The translations under genes and the position numbers were made by a program. DNA of 64,000 nt from Balanoglossus misakiensis (lineage: Eukaryota; Animalia; Hemichordata): the NCBI GenBank assembly GCA_040954595.2, contig CM082586.2, positions 1,927,124 to 1,991,123 on the forward strand. Direction: 5' to 3'. The first letter of the stretch is position 1. Every line of letters starts with the position of its first letter. Positions 37,101 through 50,860 of this stretch are shown here, piece by piece. Under the pieces are notes generated by a model that saw only the letters and a program-made list of their open reading frames with translations, was not told the DNA's origin and searched no databases.

Positions 37101-40100
37101 AGGCCTGTAATTCAGGAATTTGATCCATCTGCGCATTAAAACTGAAGGGTCTGACTCAGAAACGGTATGAAATTTTATGAATGAAAACAACACTGCCGTC
37201 AGCAATAGAAATCATCCGAAACCCTGTCTCACTAACTCGACATTGAATAACTACAGTTTGCTCTTTGATAAAACGGACATCATCAGAATAAATTTATGAC
37301 ATAATGTCCAGGGCTTCTGTATCCTGCAATGCTATAATACACCACATAATTGATTGCTTATATGACATATGGTTATGCCATATGTTTGGAAATCTGACAT
37401 CTACCTGACAGCTGAACAATCCACATAATGAACATGCTCATAACTTCAGTTATTTTAAAACATCACGTCGGGATCAACCATTTCTTCAGTCTGGCGATTC
37501 TACAGATTTGTATTCCATCCAAAGACTGTCTGTGATCACAGCAACACTGTGGTTTAGTCTAGAATCTAGTTGGGTCTTCAGGCAAAGTTTTTCCTACTCA
37601 CTCGTAGGATTCCGTTGTATTTCTACGCTAGAATGTAAATGTAATGCACCCTGTGGAGAAATATGACTAATGGTGTCCCCATGAAGTCAATAATAAACCA
37701 TCATCACCAAATGATTGGATGTAACGTTACAGGGAGGGGGGATAATTGACAATATTACCCTTGACAAAAACCTTGCCCCGATCATTTGAAGAACACAGTC
37801 TGTTATTGACTTCAAGGGGGATACCAGTACGTACTGGTACGTCAGATATTTCTCCATAGGGTGCGCTTACGTTCTAGTTTTAAAAATCCAACATGGACTA
37901 CTTAAATAATATGATAGAGGCTTTGAATGTCCGGTTAGATTGTAGACTCTAGTATGATATGTAAGATGTGTCGATGGTGATAAAGACAGTCTGGACAGGA
38001 TGAATACTACAAACATACTGCTTCACCCTTATTATGACTGAAAATAAAAAGAGTGCAAAGTAAGATACTTCACTACGAGAGCAGGGTACGACACAGAGCA
38101 ACGGGCGTGCAAATAAGGAGGAACGTTGCTGACCGTACAGGTACACACCCCGAGCTATACAAAATTGGCGGAACTGCTTGAATAAACAGCAAAAGCAAGC
38201 AAAGGCCGGCACGGTAAACATCCCGATGAAAAGCAATCCTGGGAGATCCAGGACTATTTATACCAATATTATGTAAGGATGTTTTCTGCCAAAATCAGGC
38301 AATTCAGTGGAGGAATGAGAGGAATTCAATCTTTGGCTTTGTGCAAAGACCGGAGGTTCTGTTAGATCAAGAACATACCCTTGGGGAAATGGTCGTACTG
38401 ATGTTGAGCTAGGTATTGTTTGGGATATACTGATACTTCAAGGAGATCTCACCTGTAATGCCAACAGTCTGGCCCTGGTCTTAGTCACTATATGTCACAG
38501 AGTGATAGACACACAGAATTTTGCACAGTGCAAGAATATATACAATGTAAAAATACTCTGTTGGTAAATTTTATTTGGTGTTGACAAATCTTTTGAATGG
38601 AAATGTCACACAGTGGACCCAAGACATGATGAGCCGTAAATACTTGTGGTCCCTCTTCACTACTAAAGACAGGTACAGGATCACACAAAGAGCAGAATAT
38701 GCCTTTAGGGACCACCAACTCATTTTGCATTTTTGTTTCACGTCACAGATTCGCCCCTTTTATGGAGCTGTCAGTTTAGAAGTTATCTGCCAACAGCTGA
38801 TCGGCCAGAATCAGGTTAAGACATGACAGTGGAGTTAATCCTTCCCCATCCTCTATTTCAACCCCCACCTCAACAAAAACACCAGACTAAATATTTACAG
38901 AGTAGGAGGCAGGGGGAGGGAGAAAGAGGATGAACACGGATTAATAGGTTACAAGTTTCATTTACAGACTTTTTTTTTTGCTTTTCATAGAATTAACAGT
39001 CACACTGATTCAAGTCTTGGCATGAATGCATTCATGTACTTAGCAATCTCTGGCACCGGGACCACCAGACACAAAATTGAAACATTTCATGAGTGTACGC
39101 CCACGCCCATGGGATCAACTTCACCGTCTTACATCATTGGCTCATCAGCAAAGAATCAGATTCTAAAAAGCGTCATTATCAGTGACGATTTAACTTTATA
39201 AGTGTCAACATGGAAAGTACATTTGTACGAGTCTCTGATCGTAAAGTGTTTCAGGTCTCAAGTGCTGCCATGTTGCATATGTATGTATGAAAACCACTCA
39301 CTGCCACTTATGGAACTGAGCCGATTCTGAGCACTAAACAGTACAAGTATGCTAACTGAAGGGAAAGAATTCTGCTAAAATTGGCTTAATCTTCGGAGCA
39401 GTCCCCACACATGTCCCCTGCGCCACGCTCCGGTGGAATTCGGAAGAAACTTCGTAATCACGCACAACCGATGGGTGGAGCCCCTTTGAGCAGAGCACAC
39501 AAGAATGCCAAAACTGCCTCTTATATCTTAATTGCGTGCGAGCAAAATTTCAAAGAGGTTTTCCCTGTTCTTTGAAGAATTCCTTACACCACGATACCAC
39601 TAATAATGACGAACACGTCCCACCAAACAAGCGCTAATCTATGCAACAATGGCCGCAGTCCCCATCAAGGACAGAATCAGACGCATACCTCCCTGAACTA
39701 CAGTCTGTTACCGGGGTCCATGCTTAATGTGCCCTGTCACTATAATGTACGTGTAATGGACACAAGAAAACATGAGATGCTTTGAAAAAGAACACAATGT
39801 CAAAGGTCAGACTCATCAAACGTTGAACTTCAAGTGGGATCTCCCCTATCGGTGGTTTTTCTTTTTCCACCAAATTAACTTTACACAAAAGTTGCCCTGT
39901 TCCAAACATCTCGCTGTCAATCTGGGCTTTATTTCCATTCAGTGCACAACCTACACTACAATTTGGTTGTTTTTTTTCAAGTGTCACTACTTTGACAACA
40001 ATGCCGCTGGGTCTGCGCTTGCACACCGCGCAAGGAAAGCAAGGTCTACTGCGCTGACTTCAGTAAGGCAAAAAGTGAGTGGAAGATAGACTGCGAGATG

Positions 40101-43100
40101 TTCAGGATTTGAGATTTATGACCAATCGCATCACGTCTTACACGCGACAACTGAATCTTTTCTGTCACTTCACAGAGAACGTTCAAAAATGTGAAATTCT
40201 AGCCAGCAAACAAGTTGGGACCAGACTTGTATGTCGGTAAGGTCAATGAATTTTAATGCAGGGCAGTGATCCCATCTCTACCTATCCCCATCTTCATAGT
40301 CTTTTTCAGAAATCACAGAACAAGGCACGTTTACTGGCAGACAATGTTGAAAGAGGCGACCGGAGCGACCTTCCCTTTTTTGTGGCTGCAGAATTTAACT
40401 GGACCCCTACGATCACCTGAAAAGACCTTGCCAAACAAGACCAACTGTTCTGCTTTATCAGGAGTGATTCAAGACCAGCCCTGCCACCATTACTATTTAA
40501 TAATTCCCAGTCTGTACAAACTGATCAAATCTTCCCCGCTATCTGGCCGCACATTTCAACTTTACCCCAGAAGGCCTAACACACCAAATATCAGTGCCCC
40601 TCTCTGACGGCATTTCGACAAATTGATTTGTTCAGACTATCAGGTCGGCCATCTCCAAATTAGGAAAAACAGTTAACTCCGGGATTGACAATTATCAAAT
40701 GTGGTTTGCTCTTAGGATCAACATTCCAGTTGTGTCGCCGAATTCAAACCAAACCAGGAGAAATTTCAGTGTGATGTGGATTTAATGGGGTGATTTTTTA
40801 TTCCGTATGAGATTTTAATTGCAAGGGGAGGGAACTCTAAAAGAAAACATGGTGTAAATGTTAATTCTACTGAAATAATGTTCAAATGCCGGGCAATGTT
40901 TAATCGAGCCAAAGTTACACATGTACAGAGTGTAAAAATTGACAGAACATTTCATTCAGCTCAATAGCCAGAAACAGAACCACTCCTGTAAACGATTTTA
41001 ATACACACATACTAATATCCCAGCCTTGTAGAGTACCAGAAAACCAAGTGGCTACAATGAGCATTAATGATTTTGTTTATAATCTGACTGTTTCACACAT
41101 CTTAAAATAAGATCAGCATATGATGAACTCAGTTTTTCATTTCTGATGGTTTCTCTTTTTTTGGCCTTTGATGTGCTCCGAAATAAAATTTCCTGACCTT
41201 TGTTACGCACTGATAAATTAGCATCCGCTACACCTGTTATCAGCCAGTATTGAAACCAACATTGCAGACAACATCTCATGTAACTAATGCAGGCTACAAT
41301 ACACCCTTATGCCATCATCAATCTCTACCATCTCCGTTCATTAATCTTCAGACAGGGAAACTAACTCGTGACAACTGCACTTTCAGAATGCACTCACAAC
41401 ACAAAAATCTGGCCAAAGATTTTCAAACATCCAAACTATACCCAGCCATTCTGCCTGAACTATTATAATTGTTCATCCCACTGTCGGGACAACGGATTTC
41501 TGACCTGCGCACACAATCGCCGTAATTTTCTCCAATATTCACGGATCTCTGACCACTTTCAAGTCAAGAAATCGCTTGAGAATAGAGCAGCTGAAAGACT
41601 CCGGCTTAGTTCAATTACATGTCGACTGACTCGCTCAGTCACAAAGTCAACTGGACTATTGACTATGCTGCAGTAATTACCTCTAATTGTCAAAACTGCT
41701 GATATTTGGAGCCGGTGATGTCTTGATAAACAGTCCCTTTGCTATCTACCTGGTCAAGTACACCTTCTCATAAAACATTCTGCAGGTATCAACAGGTATC
41801 CAATTGCCGTCTCAGGCAGTTCCTCCGTCCCCCCAAAATCTCAAGTTTTTTTCCAGGACACTGATGTGGTTCCTACTGTGTTATGTTTATATCGAAGTTG
41901 ATAATTATATATCTAGTTTCGTTCAGAGTAAACAGACACTTCAGGCAAGTAATTCTGCAATGGTAATACTGCAGCATGTGAAAGAAGAGCGAGACTCTGG
42001 CTGAATTAATAGGTGTGACATGCAGCAATAAATTGAGCTTGTCTGGTGTCAATGATATGCAGCAGTATCATAGAAGCCGCTGAGTGTGGCAAGGTAAAAG
42101 GCCACTGTGGTAAGTGGACCGAATGCAACGATTGAGTCGAGGAGAATGCAACAAACGCGTTTTAATAATCCACTTCACATTGAGGAGCTTAACGTTGAAA
42201 AACATGACTGCCGATCGACCGTGTGGCAACAGACAAGCCAAGTGTATACCTTGACATCGATAGCAGCATTAAGTTCCACTCGGTGTGAAGCGAGTTTATT
42301 CGTTTGCTGACGGGGAGGGTAGGCAAGGGGGCAAAGTGCGTCTAATCTTTTTGTAAAGATACTGGGTCACACTCTGGTGACTCTCGACTGGGTACAAGGG
42401 CACGGCGTGTGTGCCACCTAGCTGTGCTGCGTTCCGCCCCTAACACGAGTTCCCACACTGCTATCAGAAATTACACTCTGAAATCTCCTCTAATGGGCAA
42501 ACAGAAATACATATCACATTCAAAGCTAACAAAGTTCCCATCTCATTTCGGCTTAATCATCATTTGATACCCAGCTTACGCCCTTCACACGGACTCATTT
42601 GGTTGATTATTATTAAAAACTTGGTGGTCAAAGCCTAGCCAGAGTGTTGATCAAGGCTCACTATGAATGAAATACAATGTGACTTTTCAAATAATGGCTT
42701 TGCTAATACTGTACCTTGGACTAAATTAAAATGTGATGAATAGAGAGATTCAAGTTACGATTTTTCCACATCATCAACTGGCATCCCACTAATATATCTA
42801 TATACAATACTAAACTACTGTCATTGTTTCAGGCTTAACTTTACAACCAATCCCCCCACTCCCTTTCAAAGGACAAAAATCCAGCTGACTCGAACAATTA
42901 TCTCCCAATTATCCCTTTTGTATTTGATACAGCATCCAGCCGCATGACAAATATGATTTTGATTAATCTCCTGGGAGCATCTCCGAAAAAAGAAAAGATT
43001 GAGTGACAATCCTCATGATTAAAAAATGAAAAAATCTTGAAATGAAATACATTGAGATTATTGTTGCGACCGAGAAAACCGCTGTGAATAGTTCTTTTTA

Positions 43101-46100
43101 TTTGTCACATGGCTGATTAGTTGCTATTTTAATCAAGAGAGGACAGTGGGTCCGCATTGTAAGCAGCAAAAACCACGGGGTGGAACTGCTTGCTTCTGAG
43201 GTATCCGTTTTCAAACATATCTGCACAGTAGCAAGCACTATCTGTTTCATAGAAGAAGGCTGACCCCTATTGGGTTTCTCTCTTATTACAAATATTTCTA
43301 GTAGCCCTAATGAGTTTATATTTCAACATGGCATAAAGTCGCTGCCCCTGGTTCAACCCTTTACAATTAAAACTTCTCTCCACAGATGCAACGAAAATAA
43401 TAATCACTTCCCTGAAAGAGCGAGACAGTGTGCATATATTTCAGTCTCGGCCTTCTGCTCGCTGGATGATGGGGGCGGCTAAAAGTTCTCGAGTTTCACT
43501 GACAAGGTAAGTATTTTTGCTGGAGTCAATTTGATTAAATGTATACAGCCTTATTAGCGACAGTGGCAAGTGACTGCCATGGTCCATAAACCACGGGTCT
43601 CTCTAACAGCAACTGTTACTTTCGTTGGAAAAACGTTAAGTACAAATGAATGCTCTTGCTCGACAGAATGGCAACTGCACTCGCAACAGAACAACAACAG
43701 AGCAAGCGAGCTACCCACTGTCCCTTTGACATGACATCAATGGTCATAAATCCAAATAAATAATCATGTGAGCTAACAGCTTAACTACCACCATCGGCCA
43801 ATAAATATGTCACATTAAGGAATTTTGTTGTGGAAAGAATAAGGGGGAAAACTCCTTGTCACACTACATGCTGAAAATTACAACTAGAGTACAGCTGACG
43901 TTGACAAAGGAGAACTAACTCGCTCGAGCATGTGTCTTGAAACAATCATTTCACCATGTTTATTTTATGCAAAAAATTCCTGCAGTTCTTACAACAGAAA
44001 GTTCAAATCAGACCAGCAAACTAACCTGCAGAGCGTACGCCAAATCTAAACAAATCAGTCTGCGCAACCATCTACATTCACACGTCAGAGGCTATTTTTA
44101 TACTCCCAACACCTGTCACTTCTGTGAACAAATTCGGAATTAATGAACGTGGCTGGTATAGCCTTAATTGAGCTACAGCTCTTGGGTTAACCACACAAAC
44201 ACACTGGTCACACACAAAACTAGCTGGAGTGTTTGGTATGGCCCAGAAAGTTTGGTTTGCGAGCAGTGTGTGGGGTATATATACCACTGCACAACAGCTG
44301 AAAATACAGAGTTTGTGGGATGGAGTGACCACATTTCAGATTTCTTCTGGGTTTACTTCATCAGCTAATGACGAGATGATAATTCTTCTTTCTGCGCTAG
44401 TGAAAACTAAGAGACCACATTTCCACTTGATTGTGCTGACAGCTGTTTTCTAAGTCTACACATGATGTCAGAAGCTGTTTCTCAGATTGCCCTGAATTCT
44501 TCAAGAAGTCTTCAAGGGGGGATTTCTACACTGGCTAAATTCTGAACAACCTGGGAGACCTTTTTGGTGATGCTTTGGCTAACACCTGACAAAATACATT
44601 CATGTGGGCGTGGCGAGTTGGCCCTGGTATCAGTTGCCCCTTTCAATGTTAATTTTGAACACAGATAAGACACAGCATTATCGTCAGAAGGCAACCCTAA
44701 TTGATGTATTAGACTTCAAAATGTGCAAGCATGCAGACACAGACAAATCTAATTTCCTGAAAGGGGTTATTTAAAGCCATGGCCGACTCTCAGATAAGCT
44801 GCACCAGAACAAGGTTACATACGCTGGACACATTGAATCTCAGAGGAAGAAGAGATTTTCAATTTTGTGTGTGTCCTTCGCAGGGAAAACATGCTTTAGG
44901 GCATTTCCAACTTCTCAGAATCTGCACGGACCTCCTTGCGGCGACCCTCTGAACAGATAAGATGCCACCTGTTTTTCATGTTACACAACAGAAGTCAGCA
45001 GAACACATAATCAGCCGTCCGATCAAGCTAAAAGCACGTGTTTGGTATTAAAAGCGAAAGAAGAAAATACACTAATGCTGTAATGTTTCTATCTAAGTTG
45101 GAACTTTACTTTGATAAGAAGATGAGGCAGATACAACACTAATAAACACTGTTAATATCCCCTCTGGGTGGAATTATAAATACCATATGAAGTCCCTAGC
45201 ATTTGGTAAATTTGTTCAAGAGTCTTGTAAAAAAGAATGTGTGAAATTCTCACTATGAGAAAAAACAATCAGAACCTGATTGATAATTATGTAGAATTTG
45301 TTTCCTTTAGTCGTATTAATAGCTGGAACAATTTGCTACTTCTCTGCTAGTTGTTCCCTGCTCTGGTTTGTGACATATTTTGGTCCAATCTCTGACCAGA
45401 TTTACATAATGAGTAGCTGTACAGTGTGTGCTGTAATAAAGGTTTACAACTGAAAACATGTCACGTAACAAAGTGGCATGATGTTAGAAACTTAATATAC
45501 AGGAATCTATTTAGTATAACCAAAACATCTGGAGCAACAAGGAAATTTAATAATAATTTTCTGGGTGTGGGGGCAGAAACAAGGTTAGTCTAATATTTAC
45601 CAACTGGTGGAAGAGGACTGCGCCCATATTGCTACAAGGAAATGTACTACTGTAATAGTTCTGGTTGTCCAATTAATCCAAGAACCTCTTAAAACAACAT
45701 GGCGCATCAACACTGATGCTACAATTATTTAATTTGACACTCTTTCCAGGGCCACCCAAAATCAAACAAATACCGATGCACTTGACCGCAAAAACATCAA
45801 TTCGCATCTCATCATCACAGGGCAATTGTAAGAGAACCGAATGTGATGAAAAATGTAAAACAAGTAAACACCACTTGACTTTTATGTTCAAACTGACTAA
45901 TAATGGAATGGCCATTTATATCGTCTCCACTCAACCAGAAAAACAAATTAACAACCGATAAGTGGCAGCTGTATTCATCAGAACAGGATAATATTCATAG
46001 CTCCTTCCATGATAAAGTATTGAACACAGCACAATGAACATGTAATGAAATGCATGTGTGGTGAGCAGGCTGCAAGACAAACTGCCAACAGCGCTTATGT

Positions 46101-46396
46101 TGAAATTACACTTCCATTGCAAAAGACTTTTTGTGTAATGTTGAACAACAACCTGAAGTTAATCAATTTTATGCATTAAAATCTCAATATGGATCGAGTA
46201 CTTGGACATCAAGATTGGGCGTTCACTAAAATCAATTATTCACCATATATTTACAAAACTGAAACCTTAAAAAATGCAATATCATCAGTTTTTCCCTCTG
46301 GTACTAAGCACAGCTAGCTTTGCAAAAAAAGACATTTCGTTACAGTACAACAGCTGACCAAGTTAGGGGGTCCACAAACTATCAATTAATACACAG

Positions 46397-46397
<1 letters not shown>

Positions 46398-46481
<84 letters not shown>
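46398..46481. repeat. Perfect (GAT)28 microsatellite
   Basis: Directly visible, in RBM24 intron 3. Confidence 0.98.
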
Positions 46482-46484
<3 letters not shown>

Positions 46485-49400
46485 AAAACACCTCAAAACA
46501 ATACCATCACACATCATCTTTTCCATGATTCACAGATACTGAATTTTAAGTCAACAAATGTGACTTAAGTTTGTACTTGAAGAAGTCTAACACTATTAAT
46601 ACTTGAAAACTCAAGATTTATGATGTAACACTTGAAGTACTACCTGCAAACAGTATACTATTCATTGTTGTTTATTCTGCTACAGAGCAAGTCCAGGCAG
46701 TACCCAACGTTTATCAGACTTGATCGAGTACAAGACCAATGTTTGCATGCAGTCAAGTTTGTAAGTTCTAGTTTCTGCAAGTGACAATCATGCTTTTGAG
46801 TTAGTGAAATCTTACATTTTGTCAAAAACACAAAGATTACTAGCGTTATTCCGATCAACGCCGAAGGAATTTGTTTTATTTCGTCAAGTCTTAAATCATG
46901 TTTTGTAAATTGGTCACGGGGAGGGACAATACCTATAAACGGATTTACATAAATTTCACAGCACTGACGTACAACATACCGACGGACTGGTGTGGACTCC
47001 GAGTACCTTACCGCGGTAACAGGGGTTACACGGACTATCGGCAGGCGTCTGAAAACTCAGACAGTTCTACTTCAATAAAAAAATCGGGGTCACTACGAAA
47101 AGCTAGACAATAAATAGGACAATTAACTCCCCAGTCTTCATATTTTATATTTTATGGTCAGTCAAAAAACCGCGGTTTGAATAATCTCACACCCCGGTTT
47201 GTTTACCATGGCACTTGACAAGTCCGGCCATTGAACTTGACGTTTTGTTTGCCGACTCGTTCACTTGTCAAAACTGGGACACATCCCTCGTTCCTCGAGT
47301 CAAGAGACTATCTCAAACACGGCGTCCTAATAATACGGACTAATCCCAGGACATGATTGAACAATCGGAATACTGCTTCAATCCCCTTTCCCCTGCATTG
47401 GGGCTCTAACCTTTGACCTGCACTGCCGCTGTACCGTTTCGTATCAATTTGATCCAAATCAAAATAAATTTGGTTATGCGCTTTTCTACCGAATATTGCC
47501 ACTTGAACGATTAGTAAGTTTGCTAGTCTTATCAGCAACACTAATCCTCCAGTTAACAGATAGCTGCAAATTAAATACACAATTCTAATACTGAATCTTT
47601 GCACAAAATATCGGCTGACACACTCACTCACCGTCCCAGACCGGCCATATTTTGTCGTCTGCTATAGATTACCCGCAACTTCCGGGTAATTTGCATAAAA
47701 TATGCACGCATTGCAAAACTTTTTTACTATCGCGCTTTCTAACATTTTACGCGTTAGGCCAAATACTTTCACTGTCGTTGCCGAAAAGTTTTCTTTTTTG
47801 TTGCTTTACTCGTTAATGGCGTCCAACAAAGAGCTCACTTGCTCATAAAGTGAAAGTGCTTTTACCACATAGCAAAGACTTTCTCCCTGGGGTGCGTGCG
47901 TAAAAATTAAAACTGATGGCCTTCAAACTTCACGACCAAGTTGGTCGTTCTTTTCCAATCCTCGAAGTTGATCCAGCTCGCGCAAACCTTTGCTCCTGAT
48001 TAAAATGCAAGTTTAAACAACTTAAATGTCGGACTGACAAGCAAAACAACAAGTTTCGCCAGGTTTATTTCGTCATCGGCTCCAGTCATTCGAGTGCCGG
48101 GTAACCACCGCGCCGACATCCCTGCCCAGCCCGCCATTGTGAAGCAACGGCTCAATGATCAGACAATATGATTTGAGCACAGGTAAAACATTTCGATTAC
48201 TTTGTATTGACCGAACGGGCTGTCAGAGGCAAATCTAAAGAAATACGACCTAATTGTCATGTTAATTCTCTGTAAACCCCGGCCAAATGATATAATACCG
48301 AGCTGTACATAAAACAACTCCGGCAGATGTTTTATCCTCCAGTCTAACTTTAATTATTTATATGTGTAATTTCAGCAACGGGAAACCATGAATAGTTTGG
48401 TGTACACGGACCGCTTTTGGAACAATCGTCTTGCCAGGAAGCGTGTATATGTTTCTTTCTGCCAGCATTAGAGTGTGGATTAGTCCAGCGGGGGTTTAAT
48501 TCTCGTTCATATGGTTACAGTTTCAGCCGGCGCGGGACAAGTTTCCGTTTCCAACGCCAAATCTGCTCAGAAAAGGCGACTTCAAAACGCCGCCCATTCA
48601 AAGTTTAACCCTCGCTAAACAGTCGCATCCAATATTATTCCTGGTCCTCTGATCTTAACCGATTGTCGCGTTTCCAGTGAAAAGCCCCCCAAATCCGCGT
48701 CATTCTGTTTGCACAAAAGACGACTGTTATCCCAGTCTGGCAATATCGTTCTCCAAGCCAGAGTAATTTCTACAGTGGTAGTCTAACCGACCCGAAGTTT
48801 CTTTTTTTAAAGACACGCACACAAAGCAATTACAGAAACATAAGCGGAGCTTATGAACGCCTTTTACACCCGAAGGGGGAAAACCAAAAGAGGAAAATCG
48901 ACACTCCAATAGGAAGCAGTGAATAATGCAAAGGAGGTGAGAAAAGCTGTGTCAAAAATAACACCAAGCCAAAAAATTTACAGATGCGAGTAATATCATA
49001 CTTTTTTTTTCACTGGGGTGAACTTGTCGTGGCAACCTAAAGATGCAGATTTATTTACGCCGCTTTTCTCTCTTATCGTGACGTCACTCCTCTTCAGCTT
49101 GGGTGAGATAGAAAGAAGCGATGTCATAACCATCGTTTGGTGGTGACGTGATGATGACAAAGCATAGGCAACATTGGCAGAGAGAAACCGTCTTTAAAAT
49201 GGCGAAGTCACCGTGCTCAAGCACGCAAACAAAACGTCAAATTTATCATTATGTTATATTTTATGAAGATGTTTGACATTTCGTGAGCTTGAAACAGTGC
49301 TTCCAACTTTTATTCGAGTATAAACGGGATAGATTCTTTAATTAACAACGGAGATGAGGGGACAGTTTGCGGTATGGGGTGGTGGCCTATGAGAGATTGC

Positions 49401-49521
49401 GCCCCTCACGTCTCAGACGTCTCACATCCATTCGTGCATGCAACTCCAGGGAATACAGTTACAATCTTTAAGAAGTTAAGAGAGAAAAATATCGCAACAA
49501 GACACTACGTAAACATCTTAC

Positions 49522-49582
49522 CCGTACTGTCCTTGGATGAAAGCCGGGTGAATTTGTCCGGGCCGAGCGGCAAAACCAAAAC
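49522..49582 (-). CDS. RBM24: RBM24/38 coding exon 3
   Basis: ttgttttttcag|(G)FGFAARPGQIHPAFIQGQY(G)|gtaaga; 61 nt, phase 1 in, phase 2 out; resembles vertebrate GFAFGVQQLHPALIQRPFG. Confidence 0.93.
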
Positions 49583-50133
49583 CTGAAAAAACAAGGCACG
49601 GATACTAGGTATAGGTATCTCGTTTTTCACTGCACACAAAAGTTGACGGTGTACTGCAAATTGATTTCAATTGTTCGCGCACACATGAAACCACACAAAC
49701 TTTTTTTCTACCATTTTCTTTAAAAAAAATTAAGGTCTCTGATACTAGACATTTTTTCTTCTGTATTATTGTTTCGAAAAGCTACCAGCTACTGTAGCAG
49801 GACGCCTTTGTTTTATGTATTGTATTCACGCCTGCTCTCCGATTTCACAGGCGCGTCTATACCGGCTTTGGGACAATTGCGTTGGACGCGCACAGTACAG
49901 TGAGGGCGAACATTTATTGAGGGCATATCTCAACTCAACCAAGGACTAATGTGGGAGTAATTTGTTGTGAAGCAAGGCATATTTATTCGCGCTGCCCGCG
50001 GTCATATTTGCACCGAGTGTCACTCAGTATAGAGTTGGGGGCCTGTTGGGATGCTTATCGCCGCTGATAACACCAGTACAGAAATAGACAACTATACTCG
50101 TTTAAGATTACAGATAAGAACGTTTTCCCTTAC

Positions 50134-50257
50134 CATGTGGAATACCCCTCGGTTTAGCGCCGATAAATGCTAAATTTACGTTGGCTTTTCTTCCATCGAT
50201 GATGGGATTCGGGTCTTTGCACGCTCCCTCGGCGGAGACCCTGTCCGCCATAGTCAC
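50134..50257 (-). CDS. RBM24: RBM24/38 coding exon 2 (RRM C-half)
   Basis: ttttcgtag|[42 protein letters not shown]|gtaagg; 124 nt, phase 0 in, phase 1 out; carries the hallmark [19 protein letters not shown] motif. Confidence 0.97.
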
Positions 50258-50680
50258 CTACGAAAACAAGGAAACTGTATATTGGGGGACCGGTTTGGTC
50301 ATATCGCACAAGCGCGAGAAATTATTATGTAAACATAGGCGAATTTACACTCGCTCGCTAATTGCTCTCGGCCGCCCGTCCTGTCCATTACAATGATCGA
50401 TCGCTGGATCACCCCAATTATAAACCGTCACTGCAATGGTCAGATATGTACAAGCCATCCGAAAATTCTGTTGACCAATTTGTTCCTATCAAATGCAAAG
50501 TCTACCAAGCCTTACACACGCATCACTCACACACACAACACTTCGCCGGCTTCGGAAGCAAGGGACATATGAAATGAACATTGTTTTCATTTTCATGTCG
50601 GCGTTCGCTGGTGTGATCGATAACAGAAAACTCGCACACACCACCCGTGCACACGAACAGAGAAGGGGAAATATACTCAC

Positions 50681-50860
50681 GAAGCCATAGCCACGACTCT
50701 TGCCCGTCTGCCTGTCCGTAATAACCACGGCTTCTTCTATATCTCCGAATTTCTCGAAGTACTCCCGTAACGATTTATCGGTCGTGTGGTATGGCAGACC
50801 TCCAACGAAAAGCTTCGTGAAGGTGGTGTCCTTTTGCTGTGTTGCTGTTATAGTCGACAT
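50681..50860 (-). CDS. RBM24: RBM24/RBM38 (SUP-12-like) RNA-binding protein, coding exon 1 (RRM N-half)
   Basis: [60 protein letters not shown]: RNP2 (LFVGGL), RNP1 (RGYGF) and the family signature KDTTFTK. Ends at a TTC|GTGAGT phase-0 donor, the intron position I recall for vertebrate RBM24/38. Confidence 0.97.

Noticed and set aside
46320-46568. Poly-Asp ORF
   Set aside because: Translation of the (GAT)28 microsatellite.
50489-50680. C-terminal half of the 123-aa ORF 50489-50860
   Set aside because: Intron-1 read-through; the RRM continues in the exon at 50257-50134.
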